DNA of 26,037 nucleotides from the IMG/VR virus record IMGVR_UViG_3300009008_000217, positions 1 through 26,037 of that record; one strand, written 5' to 3'. Position numbers and translations under genes: made by a program. This DNA comes from a virus (taxonomy: Duplodnaviria; Caudoviricetes). Shown here one piece after another: positions 1 through 9,321 of the stretch; the first letter of the stretch is position 1; each line of letters begins with the position of its first letter. The notes beneath the pieces were generated by a model, which made no database searches, was not told where the DNA came from, and saw nothing but the letters and a program-made list of their open reading frames with translations.

Positions 1-25
1 TTTTTACCCTTTCTTCTCTACTCAT
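1..25 (-). CDS. 5' fragment of next downstream gene (MSREERVK...), runs off window
   Basis: ATG at 25-23 overlaps the nrdB stop as ATGA, the coupling seen elsewhere in this operon; frame is open to the window edge. Confidence 0.4.
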
Positions 26-1206
26 AGGTCGTCCAAATCAAATTCTTCATCTACTGAATTATCAATAGCTGCTACATAGTTTACAGACTCAATCTCTTGA
101 GGAGCAGACTTAATATGACTACTATCTAAATAATTATCTACCCAAGGAAGAGGATTGTTTCCTAGTGTTAGCCCTAATCTGGAAGGGTCAAGTCCAATAT
201 TAGTGATACGAACAGCAAAAATATAATCCATATACTCTTTAAGAATTGCAGCGTTCATACCAATAAGTGGAGATCCTTTACTAAATAGAAACTCAATCCA
301 TTCCATTTCTTCATTATATGCAGTTTGGTACATATCATAAGTTTCATCTTCCAAGTCAGCAGCAACTCTAGTAAACCCTTCACTAGGGTCTTCTCTAAGC
401 ATTTTAATCACTCGTTGGAATACATCTAAGTGAATCATCTCATCTCTAGCGATTAACTTAAAGATATTACTAGACCCAGGCATTAATTTATCAGGTTGTT
501 CACTGAAGCTCCAAGCTGTTACGAAGGTTGCAAAGAATCTAATACCTTCAAACATATTAAGTACTAAAGCAGCTTTAAATATTGCTTCTTTAACTACTCG
601 CTCATCTATTTCTGGAAAAGGCACTAGTAATGTACCATCCATTGAAGAAGCTCCATTATCTCTAGCAATTCTATTAGCATCCATCTTATCAAATACAGAG
701 GTCGCCCAATCAAATGCTGCTAAGATACTGGTTGCTCGTTTCTGAATATGTTCGTCATCAATTATAGATTCGATGAATACGTCCACATCATTATATATAG
801 CACGAACCATCTCAGTATAAGACTCACTATGCAAAAGTTCGTTATTTTGGTGGTTTGTAATGTATAACTCCCACTCAGGATTATTACTAATGCCACCATT
901 ATTAAAAAGCTGTAAGGGAGCACGCCCTGCACAGCTATCAAGAGTAATAGCAAACTTAAGCCCAGATTCATAGATGTGCTTGCCAGCTTCATCCAGACTG
1001 TCGAAGTGTACCTTTTCTTTAGATAAGTCGATTTCATTTTTACTCCAATTACCTATGGCTCGCATTTCTTCTGCAAATTCCATAATCCAAGGGTACTTTG
1101 GGTCGTGATAAGTTTGAATATTTCGGTTACAAGAATCCTCACCTAGAAATAGTCTAGTTCTTTTACTATTTACTGTTTCGCCTAAGTTAAAAATCTTACA
1201 ACTCAT
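22..1206 (-). CDS. nrdB: Class Ia ribonucleotide reductase beta subunit
   Basis: Di-metal ligand motifs TLDS, NELLHSESY (with radical Tyr), FEGIRF and ARDEMIH; C-terminal APQE-E-NY. Start moved to 1206 (MSCKIF), which overlaps the thyX stop as ATGA. Confidence 0.95.
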   Translation of the reverse strand: MSCKIFNLGETVNSKRTRLFLGEDSCNRNIQTYHDPKYPWIMEFAEEMRAIGNWSKNEIDLSKEKVHFDSLDEAGKHIYESGLKFAITLDSCAGRAPLQLFNNGGISNNPEWELYITNHQNNELLHSESYTEMVRAIYNDVDVFIESIIDDEHIQKRATSILAAFDWATSVFDKMDANRIARDNGASSMDGTLLVPFPEIDERVVKEAIFKAALVLNMFEGIRFFATFVTAWSFSEQPDKLMPGSSNIFKLIARDEMIHLDVFQRVIKMLREDPSEGFTRVAADLEDETYDMYQTAYNEEMEWIEFLFSKGSPLIGMNAAILKEYMDYIFAVRITNIGLDPSRLGLTLGNNPLPWVDNYLDSSHIKSAPQEIESVNYVAAIDNSVDEEFDLDDL

Positions 1207-1916
1207 AATGCCTCCATAAGAGGGAATATCCCTGCGATTACTTGTGCACATTTTTGTGCAATTTCCATATGCTCCAATTGAGTACCATTAGCACTTCTGA
1301 GTTCAATATAGTGTACCCAACTTCTAAGAGTGCCATTCATATACATTCTGCTCATTGTACACCCTTCTGGCAGTACAGAACGAGCCTGCTCTTTAGCAAT
1401 TCCATTGTCTATAGCAAACTGATAAGCCTTTTTAGCTTCTTTAATTACTTTCTCTTGTTGGATTCTCCACATAGCTGAAAGTTTCTCATCATCTACTTTA
1501 ATAGAATTTTGTCTATTTTTTGTGTCTTGCAGTCTAGCTTCACGCAACATAAATTCCATATCCTTAGTAGGATCTGCATAACGCTGACTAAATTCTTGAA
1601 AGCTAAAACTTCTATGGCGAAGAATCTGTCTTCCAATATCCCTAGTAGTTTCGATTTCCAAGCAAGCAGACACAGTTTCCAAAGGAGACCAATGCTTATG
1701 CTTAATAAGATACTTAATTAATTTTTCAGAAGTTTCTTTATTTAGCTGGTTACTTGGATTCGATACTCTAGCACAATACGCAATTAAATCTTGTACATTT
1801 TCTAACCCTAGACCTTCCATTTCTGTGGAAGGCATTGAGTATGAAATTAGTCTAACTTTACTAGTTGTATCCCCTGTATATAGGCTTTCTTGTTTATTAA
1901 TTGTTTTAGTTTCCAT
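1203..1916 (-). CDS. thyX: FAD-dependent thymidylate synthase
   Basis: ThyX signature RHRSFSFQEFSQRY, plus ARVS, HWSPLE, EQARSVLP and TQLEH motifs. Confidence 0.96.
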   Translation of the reverse strand: METKTINKQESLYTGDTTSKVRLISYSMPSTEMEGLGLENVQDLIAYCARVSNPSNQLNKETSEKLIKYLIKHKHWSPLETVSACLEIETTRDIGRQILRHRSFSFQEFSQRYADPTKDMEFMLREARLQDTKNRQNSIKVDDEKLSAMWRIQQEKVIKEAKKAYQFAIDNGIAKEQARSVLPEGCTMSRMYMNGTLRSWVHYIELRSANGTQLEHMEIAQKCAQVIAGIFPLMEAL

Positions 1917-1925
1917 TATTATTCC

Positions 1926-4205
1926 TTAAATACTACAAGCGCCGCTTTCACAGCCCTCGATAATTGTTTCACTTTTATTCTCTTTGTCTTTGGTTCTAAT
2001 ATAGTATAAACTCTTTAAACCATACTTCCAGGCAGTAAATATATCTCGTTTAACTCTATTAGCGTCTAAAATTTTATTAGGCATTTTTGTTAAGTCATAC
2101 CATTGGTTGGTACTCATACCTTGATCTATAAACTTCTGTAAGATAGCCATTAATTTTAAATACTCAGCAGAGTTATTTTCAGGCAACTCCCAAGATTTCA
2201 TATAATAAGGTTCTTTATCAAAGTCAGGTACTAAAGATTTAACTGTGAAATTAGAAGCTTCAAAAGTATCAGTAGTAGACTGAATTGGGTCAATTCCTTG
2301 TGTTGAGTTACTAACTAAAGAACTACTAGCAGTTGGAGGAATAGCACTAAGTGCCATATTTCTGATTCCATACTTTCTAGCTTTGATTCTTAATAAATCC
2401 CAATCACATAATAACTCATCTGGGTAAATTTGATCTATATTAGTATTATAGGTATCTACAGGCATAACTCCTCTAGAGTATGCACTTCTGTCTGAATACT
2501 CACAAGCTCCACGCTCCTCTGCAAGATTAATAGAAGCTCTAATAAGTCCAAATTGGAAGCGTTCCGCCCACTCATGAGTTAAACGCTTCGCCTTTGTTGT
2601 GCCAAGTACAGCTTCATTCTTAGCTAAGAAATGTGCGAAATCACTAATTCCAATACCTAAGAAACGATAACCTTTTGTAGGCCATTCTGCTGCATCTAAT
2701 GGGTAGTTTTGAACATCAATAAGATTATCTAAGAACCTTACCATAATTTCTGTCAACCCATCTAATTCGTGTATATCTTCTAGTTTACCAAAGTTTACGC
2801 ACCCAAGAATACATAAACTAATCATTCCATTATCTAAATTATACCCATCTACATCAATAAACTCATTTTGGCGAAGTCCTTCAAATTTCATCTCCTTTGT
2901 AGGTAAGAAAATCTCACTACAAAGGTTAGTTTGAGTTACTGGTTCATCAAATAAGCCTTGATTATTAACGTTATCAATAAAATGTATGTAAATACGCCCA
3001 GTGCCAACCCGTTCTTTAACGAGTTTATTAAACATTTCATTAGCGGGCAAGGTCTTTTTTCTAATCCCACTCTTTCTTTCGTAAGCTTCATAAGATTCCT
3101 TAAATTTAACAGGATCCCCATAGTGCTCAAATAGTTGTGGAACATCCTCGGAACTAAAAAGTGTAAAGTCCTGCTTCTTTAGCACTCTTTCGAAGAAGAT
3201 GTTTGGGATGCCTATAGAGTAATCAATAAATCTAGCACGGTTAGTATTAGAACCTTGATTATTTTTATACTCTAAAATATCCATAATTTCCCAATTAAAT
3301 ATTGGGTAGTTTACTACTGTCGCTCCAGTACGCAAACTATTTTGTGTAAATTGTTTACTAGCGGCCTCTACTGCTTTTAGTAATGGAAGTGCTCCAGTAT
3401 GTTTTACTGTATTACTTTTAACTGGAGCAAGTATACCTCGTACTGGCCCCATATCTACTCCAATACCTGCCCTATTAGCAGTCATTAGAGATAATGCATA
3501 TTCTGAAGATAGGATAGACTCTGAAGTATCCCCCACCTTAATTTTACAACAAGAGCTAAACATTTTAAGTTTAGTTCTAACTCCACTAATAATTGGAGTA
3601 GGTAAACTAATCTTATCATCTTTTAGAGCCATATAAAAGTCTCTAATATAAATCATACGGTGTTCTTCTTCTGCGAAGATAACCATAGGAATTAACATAA
3701 AGGTTTCTTGAATCATCTCTAAACGACGATCTGTTTTAGCATCTTTAATTAAATACTTACTATCCATCTGTACAATTGAAGAATATGGGCGATGTAGGTC
3801 ATTCTCATAATCTAACAAATCGCCTAAAATTTCAATTTCTTCATCTGAGTAGTATTCTAAAATTTCTGGGTCGTATAACCCATGCTCTACATTCAAATGT
3901 ATATAGTCCAAGAATGGTAGAGGTTCGAAACTACCATATACTTCTTTTCGCATTTCAGTTACTAATAGTCTAGCTGCGAAAATAGAGTAATCAGGAGTTT
4001 TGGTAGTAATTTTTTCAGCAGCAGACTTAATAATTGTTTGTTGAATATCAGAGGTAGACATACCTTCCGCAAATTTAATATGAGCATTAATTGCGGTATC
4101 TGATACTGAAACGTCTAAGTCATCACGCTTGCAGGCTTCTAACATTCTATGAATGTTATCAATATTAAGTTCTTCTAGTTTTCCATTCCTTTTCTTAATT
4201 AGCAC
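1926..4205 (-). CDS. nrdA: Class Ia ribonucleotide reductase alpha subunit with N-terminal ATP-cone
   Basis: IKKRNG ATP-cone start, SSCC, TNLCSEI (radical Cys), LCILG, PTASSS, SLYY and C-terminal CESGAC. Confidence 0.96.
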   Translation of the reverse strand: MLIKKRNGKLEELNIDNIHRMLEACKRDDLDVSVSDTAINAHIKFAEGMSTSDIQQTIIKSAAEKITTKTPDYSIFAARLLVTEMRKEVYGSFEPLPFLDYIHLNVEHGLYDPEILEYYSDEEIEILGDLLDYENDLHRPYSSIVQMDSKYLIKDAKTDRRLEMIQETFMLIPMVIFAEEEHRMIYIRDFYMALKDDKISLPTPIISGVRTKLKMFSSCCKIKVGDTSESILSSEYALSLMTANRAGIGVDMGPVRGILAPVKSNTVKHTGALPLLKAVEAASKQFTQNSLRTGATVVNYPIFNWEIMDILEYKNNQGSNTNRARFIDYSIGIPNIFFERVLKKQDFTLFSSEDVPQLFEHYGDPVKFKESYEAYERKSGIRKKTLPANEMFNKLVKERVGTGRIYIHFIDNVNNQGLFDEPVTQTNLCSEIFLPTKEMKFEGLRQNEFIDVDGYNLDNGMISLCILGCVNFGKLEDIHELDGLTEIMVRFLDNLIDVQNYPLDAAEWPTKGYRFLGIGISDFAHFLAKNEAVLGTTKAKRLTHEWAERFQFGLIRASINLAEERGACEYSDRSAYSRGVMPVDTYNTNIDQIYPDELLCDWDLLRIKARKYGIRNMALSAIPPTASSSLVSNSTQGIDPIQSTTDTFEASNFTVKSLVPDFDKEPYYMKSWELPENNSAEYLKLMAILQKFIDQGMSTNQWYDLTKMPNKILDANRVKRDIFTAWKYGLKSLYYIRTKDKENKSETIIEGCESGACSI

Positions 4206-5040
4206 CTATATACCCCCCTAAAGTTTTATCAAGTTCTTTTAAATTATCCTCACCTATAGCTTCTTCACAGTAACTTAAAAGATCCATTAATTTATAATTA
4301 TCTAAAATAAGATCGCCCGATTGATTTACATTTTTAATATATACATAGTTTCCAGGTAGAGGAATCTGATCCCATATATCAAAAGCAGAACCATGTTCTC
4401 TTATCAGGCAATATGCGCGTTTAGCGCCAACTCCTGCAATTCCCTTAACATTATCTCCAGAATCCCCCATTAAACACTTCATACTAATAAATTCTTCCGG
4501 GGTACAACTATGAATTTCTTCAAAGTTCTCACTAGTAGTTTCTTTTCTAGTTACATAAGAAAACCTAGATACATTATCGTTTATTAATAGATCCCAGTCT
4601 TTATCTGAGGAAACTAACCAACAATGCTCTAGGTCTGATTTAGGGAACTTTTTAGAAATATATGCGGCAATATCATCCGCTTCTACCCCCTTAAATTTAA
4701 CTACTGGATATACCTCTCCAACTAGTTCCATAGTTCTGTTAAATTCTTCCATAAAGGCTATAAAGGCGTTCTTTTCTTCTTCTGTTTGAGTTTCTCTCAA
4801 TTTAGCTCTATTGCCTTTATAATCTTCATCTACACTTAATCTATAAGATGATTTTCCCCAATCTGTAGCAATTATTACTTTACCTGCTTGGTAGGACTGT
4901 GCTAGACTTTGCACTAGTCTAAGATAATCTGCTGCAAAATTAGTAGACCCGTTATGCTTATATCTGAAAGCAAGGTTTAATCCGTCAACTACTAATAAAT
5001 TATTTCTATCTCCATTTGCCTTTAAATCTTCCCACTTCAT
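4195..5040 (-). CDS. D15: 5'-3' exonuclease / flap endonuclease (T5 D15 homolog)
   Basis: VDGLNLAFR, YKGNR, EADD, SSDKDW and GDSGDNVKGIAGVGAK (H3TH) motifs; syntenic after D14. Confidence 0.93.
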   Translation of the reverse strand: MKWEDLKANGDRNNLLVVDGLNLAFRYKHNGSTNFAADYLRLVQSLAQSYQAGKVIIATDWGKSSYRLSVDEDYKGNRAKLRETQTEEEKNAFIAFMEEFNRTMELVGEVYPVVKFKGVEADDIAAYISKKFPKSDLEHCWLVSSDKDWDLLINDNVSRFSYVTRKETTSENFEEIHSCTPEEFISMKCLMGDSGDNVKGIAGVGAKRAYCLIREHGSAFDIWDQIPLPGNYVYIKNVNQSGDLILDNYKLMDLLSYCEEAIGEDNLKELDKTLGGYIGAN

Positions 5041-5480
5041 TTAATCCACTCCTCTATTGATTGAATATAATCATCCAATAAAGCAGTATAAGTACCATTT
5101 GAAAACTTAAAATATTCAATATCCCCAACTGGTTCAATTAAAGCAGTCATAAACCACTTTGATCTATCATATTTAAAGATTAAAATAGGTTCTTTACCTA
5201 CTTGGTCTGATTCTCTAATAGTTTGTGCCCACCATTGTCGCCAATTATTACTTTTAGCAGCAGTCAAAATCTTACTATTAAAGTGGTCATCTTTATATGC
5301 TTTTACTTCTACACAATATAAATTGTGTTCTCCTGGAATGTATAAATCCCCTTTTAGTTTATGTTGTTCCCCGAGAGCTCCTGAACTTGGGACTCTTTCC
5401 CAAGATAATCCAGTTAAACTTCTCATTTGGTTTCTACATACTAATTCGTTTCTTGCTCCTTTAGCTCGACTATCAACCAT
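5037..5480 (-). CDS. D14: Holliday junction resolvase-like PD-(D/E)xK nuclease (T5 D14 homolog)
   Basis: SRAKGARNE, PSSGAL, KGDL...EVK motifs; lies between D13 and D15. Confidence 0.88.
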   Translation of the reverse strand: MVDSRAKGARNELVCRNQMRSLTGLSWERVPSSGALGEQHKLKGDLYIPGEHNLYCVEVKAYKDDHFNSKILTAAKSNNWRQWWAQTIRESDQVGKEPILIFKYDRSKWFMTALIEPVGDIEYFKFSNGTYTALLDDYIQSIEEWIK

Positions 5481-7272
5481 TTTCTAACCTCGATATATTA
5501 TTCTCCTTTATGACATTAATTTTATTAATTAAAGGATGTGTGTATTCATGCGACACAATAAATGTGTTTATATTTTGTTCTTGTAGTAGAATCTCTACTA
5601 GTTTTTCTTTTCCTTCATCATCTAACACACCCATAACCTCATCTAAGATTAGCAAATTCAATTTAGATTTAGAAAGAATATTCATTATCTTTCTTATTCC
5701 AAGTAATGTAGCCGTATTCACTCGGCCAAATTCCCCACTAGAAAGAGCCTCGATTTCAACTTCTCTACCTTCATCTATTATTTGAATGTTTAATTTTTCG
5801 CCTTTCAAATTAAAATTCAACTGAAATCTTCCGCTAGAAAGTTCAGATAGGTATGTGTTAATTTGTTCTTCTAAGTCTTTTACCAACGACTCAATCTTGA
5901 ACGCTATAAGACCATTTGTACTGAAAGACTTACGAAGTATAGTAATAATACCCATAATCTCTTTAGCATTTTCTAATTCTTTAGCCTTTTGTTCTAATTT
6001 TTCTTGAAATTCTTCGGTTTGTTGTAAAATAACATCAACTTTAGTATTCCAAGCAGTAGCTTGTTCATTATATTGAATAGCTTTTTTAATCTTGCCTCTA
6101 ATTTCTGTAATTGTAGTTTTTAATTGATCTAGTTTAGCTTTTACACTTTCTCTATCAACTAACTCTGAAGTCATATCTTTATCTACTAAGCTGTTTAAGT
6201 TTTCAAACTCAGAAACTAATTTCTGATGGTTTCTATACTTTAACAGCTTGTTTTTAGTTTCAGAAATAACTTCATCAATTCCATCAATTTTATCCGAGTT
6301 AGCTTCAATAACTTTAGTTGCCCTATCTATTAAATCTGATACAAATTCTTCATCCACAGACTGCATACAAGTAGGACATTGCCCACTAAGTTTAGATAGT
6401 TTAGTTACTAACGCTTTTCTAGAAGTTATCTCCGATTCTAGTGATCCCTTCTCTTTGACCAGAGAGTCCGTAGACTCCGGCTTGTCCACTTGCTTTACTA
6501 CTTCGACAATATCGATTTGAGAAAGTAATTCTTTATACTGATTATTAGTATTTACATCTTTATTAATTTTATCAGAATTTTCTAGTTTTGTTTTAAGTTT
6601 AGTAAACTCTTCAACACTATCAGAAGGATCATCTGGAACTATTACAATTCGTTTTTTCTTAGAATCTTCTAAAGTATTTTTATCTAACCACTCTTCAATA
6701 GTATTACAACTAGATTCAATAGCGATTAATTCAGAATTATACTCTTTATATTTATCTTTAAAAAGTTCAAATAACTCTATATACTTATCTAATCCTAATA
6801 AACCTATAAGAAATTTCTTTCTATTAGTATCTGTAGCTCTAAGAAACTCTAAGTTGGAGGAGGCACTTTGATAGAATAATTGTGAAAAAGTTTTATAGTT
6901 TAAACCTAATACATTTTCAATAGTTTTGTAAGTGGCAGTAGTAGTATGACTACTAATATCTTTTCCATCTTTTAATAGCTTTAAAGATATACTGCTCTTT
7001 CGATCTAATACTACTTTATAGTTAGTATTATCTACAGCAAAGTCAACCTCAATATAATAACCTTTGCCTATATGCCTATTAGCAATAGCTTGCTTCTTAA
7101 TCCCTTTATTATTTTTTCCAAATAACACTTCTTCAAGAATTAAAGGAATACTACTTTTACCTGTACCATTTGTACCTAATAACTGAGTTACTGGAGCTTC
7201 TGTAAAATTAATTGAATTATTTTCTCCGTATGAAAAGCAATTGCTCCATTTAAGCGTCTGAATATAAATCAT
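5473..7272 (-). CDS. D13: SbcC/Rad50-like ATPase (T5 D13 homolog)
   Basis: Walker A GTNGTGKS, coiled coils around a CPTC zinc hook, signature LSSGE, Walker B ILDE, VSH H-loop. Confidence 0.93.
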   Translation of the reverse strand: MIYIQTLKWSNCFSYGENNSINFTEAPVTQLLGTNGTGKSSIPLILEEVLFGKNNKGIKKQAIANRHIGKGYYIEVDFAVDNTNYKVVLDRKSSISLKLLKDGKDISSHTTTATYKTIENVLGLNYKTFSQLFYQSASSNLEFLRATDTNRKKFLIGLLGLDKYIELFELFKDKYKEYNSELIAIESSCNTIEEWLDKNTLEDSKKKRIVIVPDDPSDSVEEFTKLKTKLENSDKINKDVNTNNQYKELLSQIDIVEVVKQVDKPESTDSLVKEKGSLESEITSRKALVTKLSKLSGQCPTCMQSVDEEFVSDLIDRATKVIEANSDKIDGIDEVISETKNKLLKYRNHQKLVSEFENLNSLVDKDMTSELVDRESVKAKLDQLKTTITEIRGKIKKAIQYNEQATAWNTKVDVILQQTEEFQEKLEQKAKELENAKEIMGIITILRKSFSTNGLIAFKIESLVKDLEEQINTYLSELSSGRFQLNFNLKGEKLNIQIIDEGREVEIEALSSGEFGRVNTATLLGIRKIMNILSKSKLNLLILDEVMGVLDDEGKEKLVEILLQEQNINTFIVSHEYTHPLINKINVIKENNISRLENG

Positions 7273-8191
7273 TAAAAACTCCTAAAATATTTTCGATACT
7301 ACCCGCATCTAAGTTTTGTACATTTTGTAAATATTCAAACAGTTCCTCCTCGATAGTCATATCTTTTAGGTTTAATACTGCTTCAGTATTTTTATTTACA
7401 ATCTTTTTATCTAACAGTTCATTATCAATATCTACTCCTGATAGAGCTAATAAATCTCCTGTGATCTCGTATATTGTATGATGAAAATCAGTCTTCACCA
7501 TTTCTTCTTCTGTTTCTACTGTTTTACGAATTAATTGAGGTAAATCCAAAGGTATCCAATCATACTCCAAGTCTTTAGAGTCTAGAATTACTACTCCAGT
7601 TTTTACTTCATTCCTATGAAATGATACTGTCATAGGACTGCCTGGGTATAGAATATTTCTCTGACTATTAGAATGAGCGTGTAAATCTCCAGCAACTACT
7701 AAATCCCAATGATTTAATTTATCTAAATTAATTTCAGGAGTTACGTGTGGAGGAATCTCGCCCCTAACATGGGTGAATAGAATCTTATTGGAGAACTGTT
7801 CTGGTTTAAATGTTTTTAAGTCTGTATAAGGCAGAAAATCTAAACCATGAATAGAAGTACTACTAGTTATAATAGAAACTTTACTATTTAAACCATTCAC
7901 TACTTTCTGTAGTTGAGTTAAGAAAGTATGTCCTTTCTTAGTTGCTTCATGGTTTCCATCGTATATAATTGTTTCTACATTACATCCTTTTACATAATCA
8001 AAGAATAACTCTAACTCTTCTAAAGAAGGTACTTTGTCAAATACATCTCCGCCAATAACATTCAAATCTACACTTTTCTCTAATTCGTGTAGTTTTTCGA
8101 AGAACATATGAAATCTATCTTTCTGCCATTCTCTAGGAACATTTTTCTGTCCTAGCTTAATATGCCAGTCAGCACTAAATAATATCTTCAT
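7250..8191 (-). CDS. D12: SbcD/Mre11-like metallophosphoesterase nuclease (T5 D12 homolog)
   Basis: ADWH, GGDVFD, GNHE, GDLH and YPGSP motifs; adjacent to the Rad50-like gene. Confidence 0.93.
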   Translation of the reverse strand: MKILFSADWHIKLGQKNVPREWQKDRFHMFFEKLHELEKSVDLNVIGGDVFDKVPSLEELELFFDYVKGCNVETIIYDGNHEATKKGHTFLTQLQKVVNGLNSKVSIITSSTSIHGLDFLPYTDLKTFKPEQFSNKILFTHVRGEIPPHVTPEINLDKLNHWDLVVAGDLHAHSNSQRNILYPGSPMTVSFHRNEVKTGVVILDSKDLEYDWIPLDLPQLIRKTVETEEEMVKTDFHHTIYEITGDLLALSGVDIDNELLDKKIVNKNTEAVLNLKDMTIEEELFEYLQNVQNLDAGSIENILGVFNDLYSDA

Positions 8192-8204
8192 AATGTTTTC
8201 CTAT

Positions 8205-8232
8205 AAAATAAGGGGGCATAAAGCCCCCTTAT
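8205..8232 (-). terminator. Intrinsic terminator after D11
   Basis: Minus strand ATAAGGGGGC-TTTAT-GCCCCCTTAT followed by TTT. Confidence 0.7.
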
Positions 8233-8247
8233 AGAAATATAACTTAA

Positions 8248-8898
8248 TTAAGCTGGAATATCTTCTGCAGTTTCGAACTCATCAAGTACATCAGCACTTG
8301 CTGTATCATCATTACCACCTAAAATATTGCTTTCGATGAAAGTCTTTTGATCGTCTGCTATTGGACGAGGTACGATCTCGTCAATTGGCTTAAGATCCTT
8401 AATAAGCTCCAAATCTTCCTCAGAAAGAGGTGAAGCCTTAATCTTCATCTGTTTAACTGTGTACTCTACATTAAATGCAAGAGGTCCAGTCTTTTTACGA
8501 CTAACTGTAATATCCCAACCAGTCTTAGTATCGGTTGGATCGCCCAGCTCTTCGGCTACAGTTAGAATTTGCTCAAACATCTTCTTCTTAAGATTTAGAA
8601 GTTTAAGCTTACCATCAGAACGGTCAATAGCCATTACAGCATATGCCCAAGAACATTTCAGGTCAGGGAAGTAGTGGCGAACCCAATCCTTCTCTAGATT
8701 TTTAAAGGACTCAGTCTCACGGTCAAACCCTAGACACTCGATAGGCATATTCTTGCCCTCAGAGTTCTTTACCCAGTAGTTATATCGTGCTACGATATCA
8801 CCAACCATACGGAAAGTGTTATCCCCATCAACCAAAGCTAGCAGATCTGCACCGCCCTTCTTTGCCTTACCATTAATTTTATCAAATGAAATTGCCAT
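8248..8898 (-). CDS. D11: T5 D11-like protein, probable single-stranded DNA-binding protein
   Basis: RYNYWV..N.PIECL.FDRETE.F and KTGPLAFNVEYT resemble T5 D11; acidic C-terminal tail typical of SSBs; syntenic position. Confidence 0.85.
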   Translation of the reverse strand: MAISFDKINGKAKKGGADLLALVDGDNTFRMVGDIVARYNYWVKNSEGKNMPIECLGFDRETESFKNLEKDWVRHYFPDLKCSWAYAVMAIDRSDGKLKLLNLKKKMFEQILTVAEELGDPTDTKTGWDITVSRKKTGPLAFNVEYTVKQMKIKASPLSEEDLELIKDLKPIDEIVPRPIADDQKTFIESNILGGNDDTASADVLDEFETAEDIPA

Positions 8899-9280
8899 TT
8901 TTATTATCCTCGTGTTTAAAGTGTATTTTATCGTTTACTATTGCTAGTAGTCTATTTTGTGTCATATATTTTTCATGTATGTCAGCATGTATAAGCGGTA
9001 AAGAGACTTCACCATTTAAGTTATAAAACATAATATTTCTCAAACTTGCTAGATGGAGATATAAAAGAATCTCACTTTCTGAAGCAGACTTATCTGCCCA
9101 CAAAGCTTCTGGATTTCTTAAAAAAGAATCTCCCGAAATTTCTCTTAAATCCTTACCCTTAAGGTACTTCTTTGTACTCCTTGTACATAACCCTGTGGTT
9201 AAATACTTTAGAATAGCAATTATACCTTTTGGATTGCCATTTGCGCGTTGTTTAATTTTTTCCCAATCATATTTTATCAT
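8882..9280 (-). CDS. Conserved T5-like hypothetical protein upstream of D11
   Basis: MIKYDWEKIK start, G.SFL.NP and YL.LASLRN pattern. The longer start at 9304 lies inside the promoter, so 9280 is preferred. Confidence 0.7.
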   Translation of the reverse strand: MIKYDWEKIKQRANGNPKGIIAILKYLTTGLCTRSTKKYLKGKDLREISGDSFLRNPEALWADKSASESEILLYLHLASLRNIMFYNLNGEVSLPLIHADIHEKYMTQNRLLAIVNDKIHFKHEDNKNGNFI

Positions 9281-9283
9281 TAT

Positions 9284-9312
9284 ATTATACCAAAGATTAA
9301 CCATTTTGTCAA
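9284..9312 (-). promoter_or_regulatory. Sigma70 consensus promoter P1
   Basis: TTGACA (9312-9307), 17 nt spacer, TATAAT (9289-9284), preceded by AAAAATAATTC. Confidence 0.9.
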
Positions 9313-9321
9313 GAATTATTT

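Noticed and set aside
762-3145. Nested minus-strand ORFs 762-1037 and 2936-3145
   Set aside because: They are out-of-frame ORFs inside nrdB and nrdA with no RBS or motif support.
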